Assembly (NCBI RefSeq): GCF_963676685.1
Contig: NC_092356.1
Span: forward strand, 65,658,001 to 65,722,000
Source: Mytilus edulis
Taxonomy: Eukaryota
Direction: 5' to 3'
DNA length: 64,000 nucleotides
Shown: piece by piece, positions 63,183-64,000 of the stretch
Layout: each line of letters opens with the position of its first letter
How positions within the stretch are numbered: the stretch's first letter is position 1
The notes under the pieces: generated by a model
Databases searched by the model: none
What the model was told of the DNA's origin: nothing
The model's input: the letters and a program-made list of their open reading frames with translations, nothing else
Made by a program: the position numbers and the translations under genes

Positions 63183-63292
63183 GGTACATCTGGGTGGTAT
63201 AGTGGCTCATCGGAAGAATGCTTACTTCTCATATGTCTTTGAAGATCGTGCGGCCACACATATACTTTACGGCAAATATTGCAATTAAACAT
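61865..63292 (-). CDS. Polinton fusion ORF: C2H2 finger, polyQ, A32/FtsK-like packaging ATPase, acidic linker, second Zn finger, adenain-like protease (C-terminus disrupted)
   Basis: CNIC..H..H; Walker A GPTSCGKT; Walker B ILLDD; FTEGSHHRNLSVVVLNQN; CRDC..H...C; protease NTD..GSHW, FFDSLG, Q...TCGLY. The last 12 aa derive from the inserted transposon. Confidence 0.9.
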
Positions 63293-63329
63293 ATTCGTAA
63301 TGTCCTAAATATGAATGTGTAGTTTCCTC

Positions 63330-63761
63330 TTATAGATTCTTCCTACGAAAATGTAGCAAGAGAAATACGTGGTCATCTTTTAGACGACATATTTGCAAAT
63401 GATCGTCTCTCAACACAAATTCGATGTGATACAATTCATTCCTGGTGACCGGAAAATAGATTGGTTTCTCGAACGTCACGTCCGTAATATCTTCATTCAA
63501 TAACCGTATCGACTGGAGAATAGGGAGAGCCGTTTCCCTCACGTACGACTGGTGCACGAAATCGGAACAGAAATACATACGTCTCGTTAAGGCTTCTAAT
63601 TCCGGTATGAACGACACCTCCAATAATGCACATTCCCACGATCCATCTAACGTATAGCGTTTGGGCAGTCGCACTTTGAAATTGCCACCTACATTGTTTG
63701 TAAACGTTGAAAGCGAGTCTTCGCTATTAATAAATAAACAAAACTGGTCCATAATATTCAT
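63330..63761 (-). CDS. Polinton minor capsid (penton-like) protein, compact 143 aa
   Basis: F.L..NS..S...F.NN..NF.V.LP....L.G.WECAL.E motif at the N-terminus and LRD..........LHFR at the C-terminus, adjacent to the ATPase gene. Confidence 0.75.
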   Translation of the reverse strand: MNIMDQFCLFINSEDSLSTFTNNVGGNFKVRLPKRYTLDGSWECALLEVSFIPELEALTRRMYFCSDFVHQSYVRETALPILQSIRLLNEDITDVTFEKPIYFPVTRNELYHIEFVLRDDHLQICRLKDDHVFLLLHFRRKNL

Positions 63762-64000
63762 TTCAGTTTAACCTTTAGTCTCTCTCTTATAGCTTTATTC
63801 AACCCAACCCCGTAGTTAAGAAATAAACGTAAAAAGTAGTTGGTTGCTGAATATTTAGTGGCAAATATTTCATGCAATTTAACAATAAAAACAATAGGTA
63901 TAGGTCTTGTGATAAAGCGAGGGAAATTTGGACTACCGGAAAATGAGGAAACATTGGATAGAGACAAACGTTTTGTTAACAGGCTAAATCGTGTTATGGA

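Larger units (their letters stand above)
59579..64000 (-). mobile_element. Polinton/Maverick element (left end; continues beyond the window)
   Basis: AGTAGT terminus at 59579; GC-rich TIR with internal tatatttgggcc sub-repeats to about 60030; packaging ATPase, adenain-like protease and minor capsid genes. Confidence 0.93.

Noticed and set aside
62915-63242. PolyL and polyC ORFs
   Set aside because: Antisense frames of the CAG tract in the Polinton ORF.
63758-64000. ORF upstream of the minor capsid gene
   Set aside because: Cut by the window edge, no recognisable motif, and the coding strand is ambiguous.

Overview
AT-rich, intron-containing animal DNA, almost certainly from a Mytilus mussel (it carries a MytiLec-1 lectin gene and the ~350-bp hammerhead repeats described from mussels). 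Three host genes can be assembled by hand from GT-AG junctions: a 4-coding-exon 3-beta-hydroxysteroid dehydrogenase-like SDR (+, 4749-8182), an intact mytilectin (+, 16585-17037) followed by two decayed tandem paralogues, and a 12-coding-exon TNF-receptor-like type I membrane protein with no death domain (-, 48299-32648). The window opens on the last 161 bp of a Polinton/Maverick terminal inverted repeat. A related Polinton starts at 59579 and encodes a minor capsid protein and a ZnF-polyQ-ATPase-ZnF-protease fusion ORF interrupted by an Academ-like transposon. The most striking signal is in the non-coding repeats. Four different abundant repeat families each carry a circularly permuted (P3-type) twister-ribozyme fold with compensatory base changes in both pseudoknots. 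Two of these families are joined to Penelope-like (Naiad-type) RT sequence and also carry a type II SECIS upstream of the twister. Two families of ~350-bp hammerhead retrozymes are present as well. All structures were read by eye; no folding or database search was run, and repeat boundaries are approximate.
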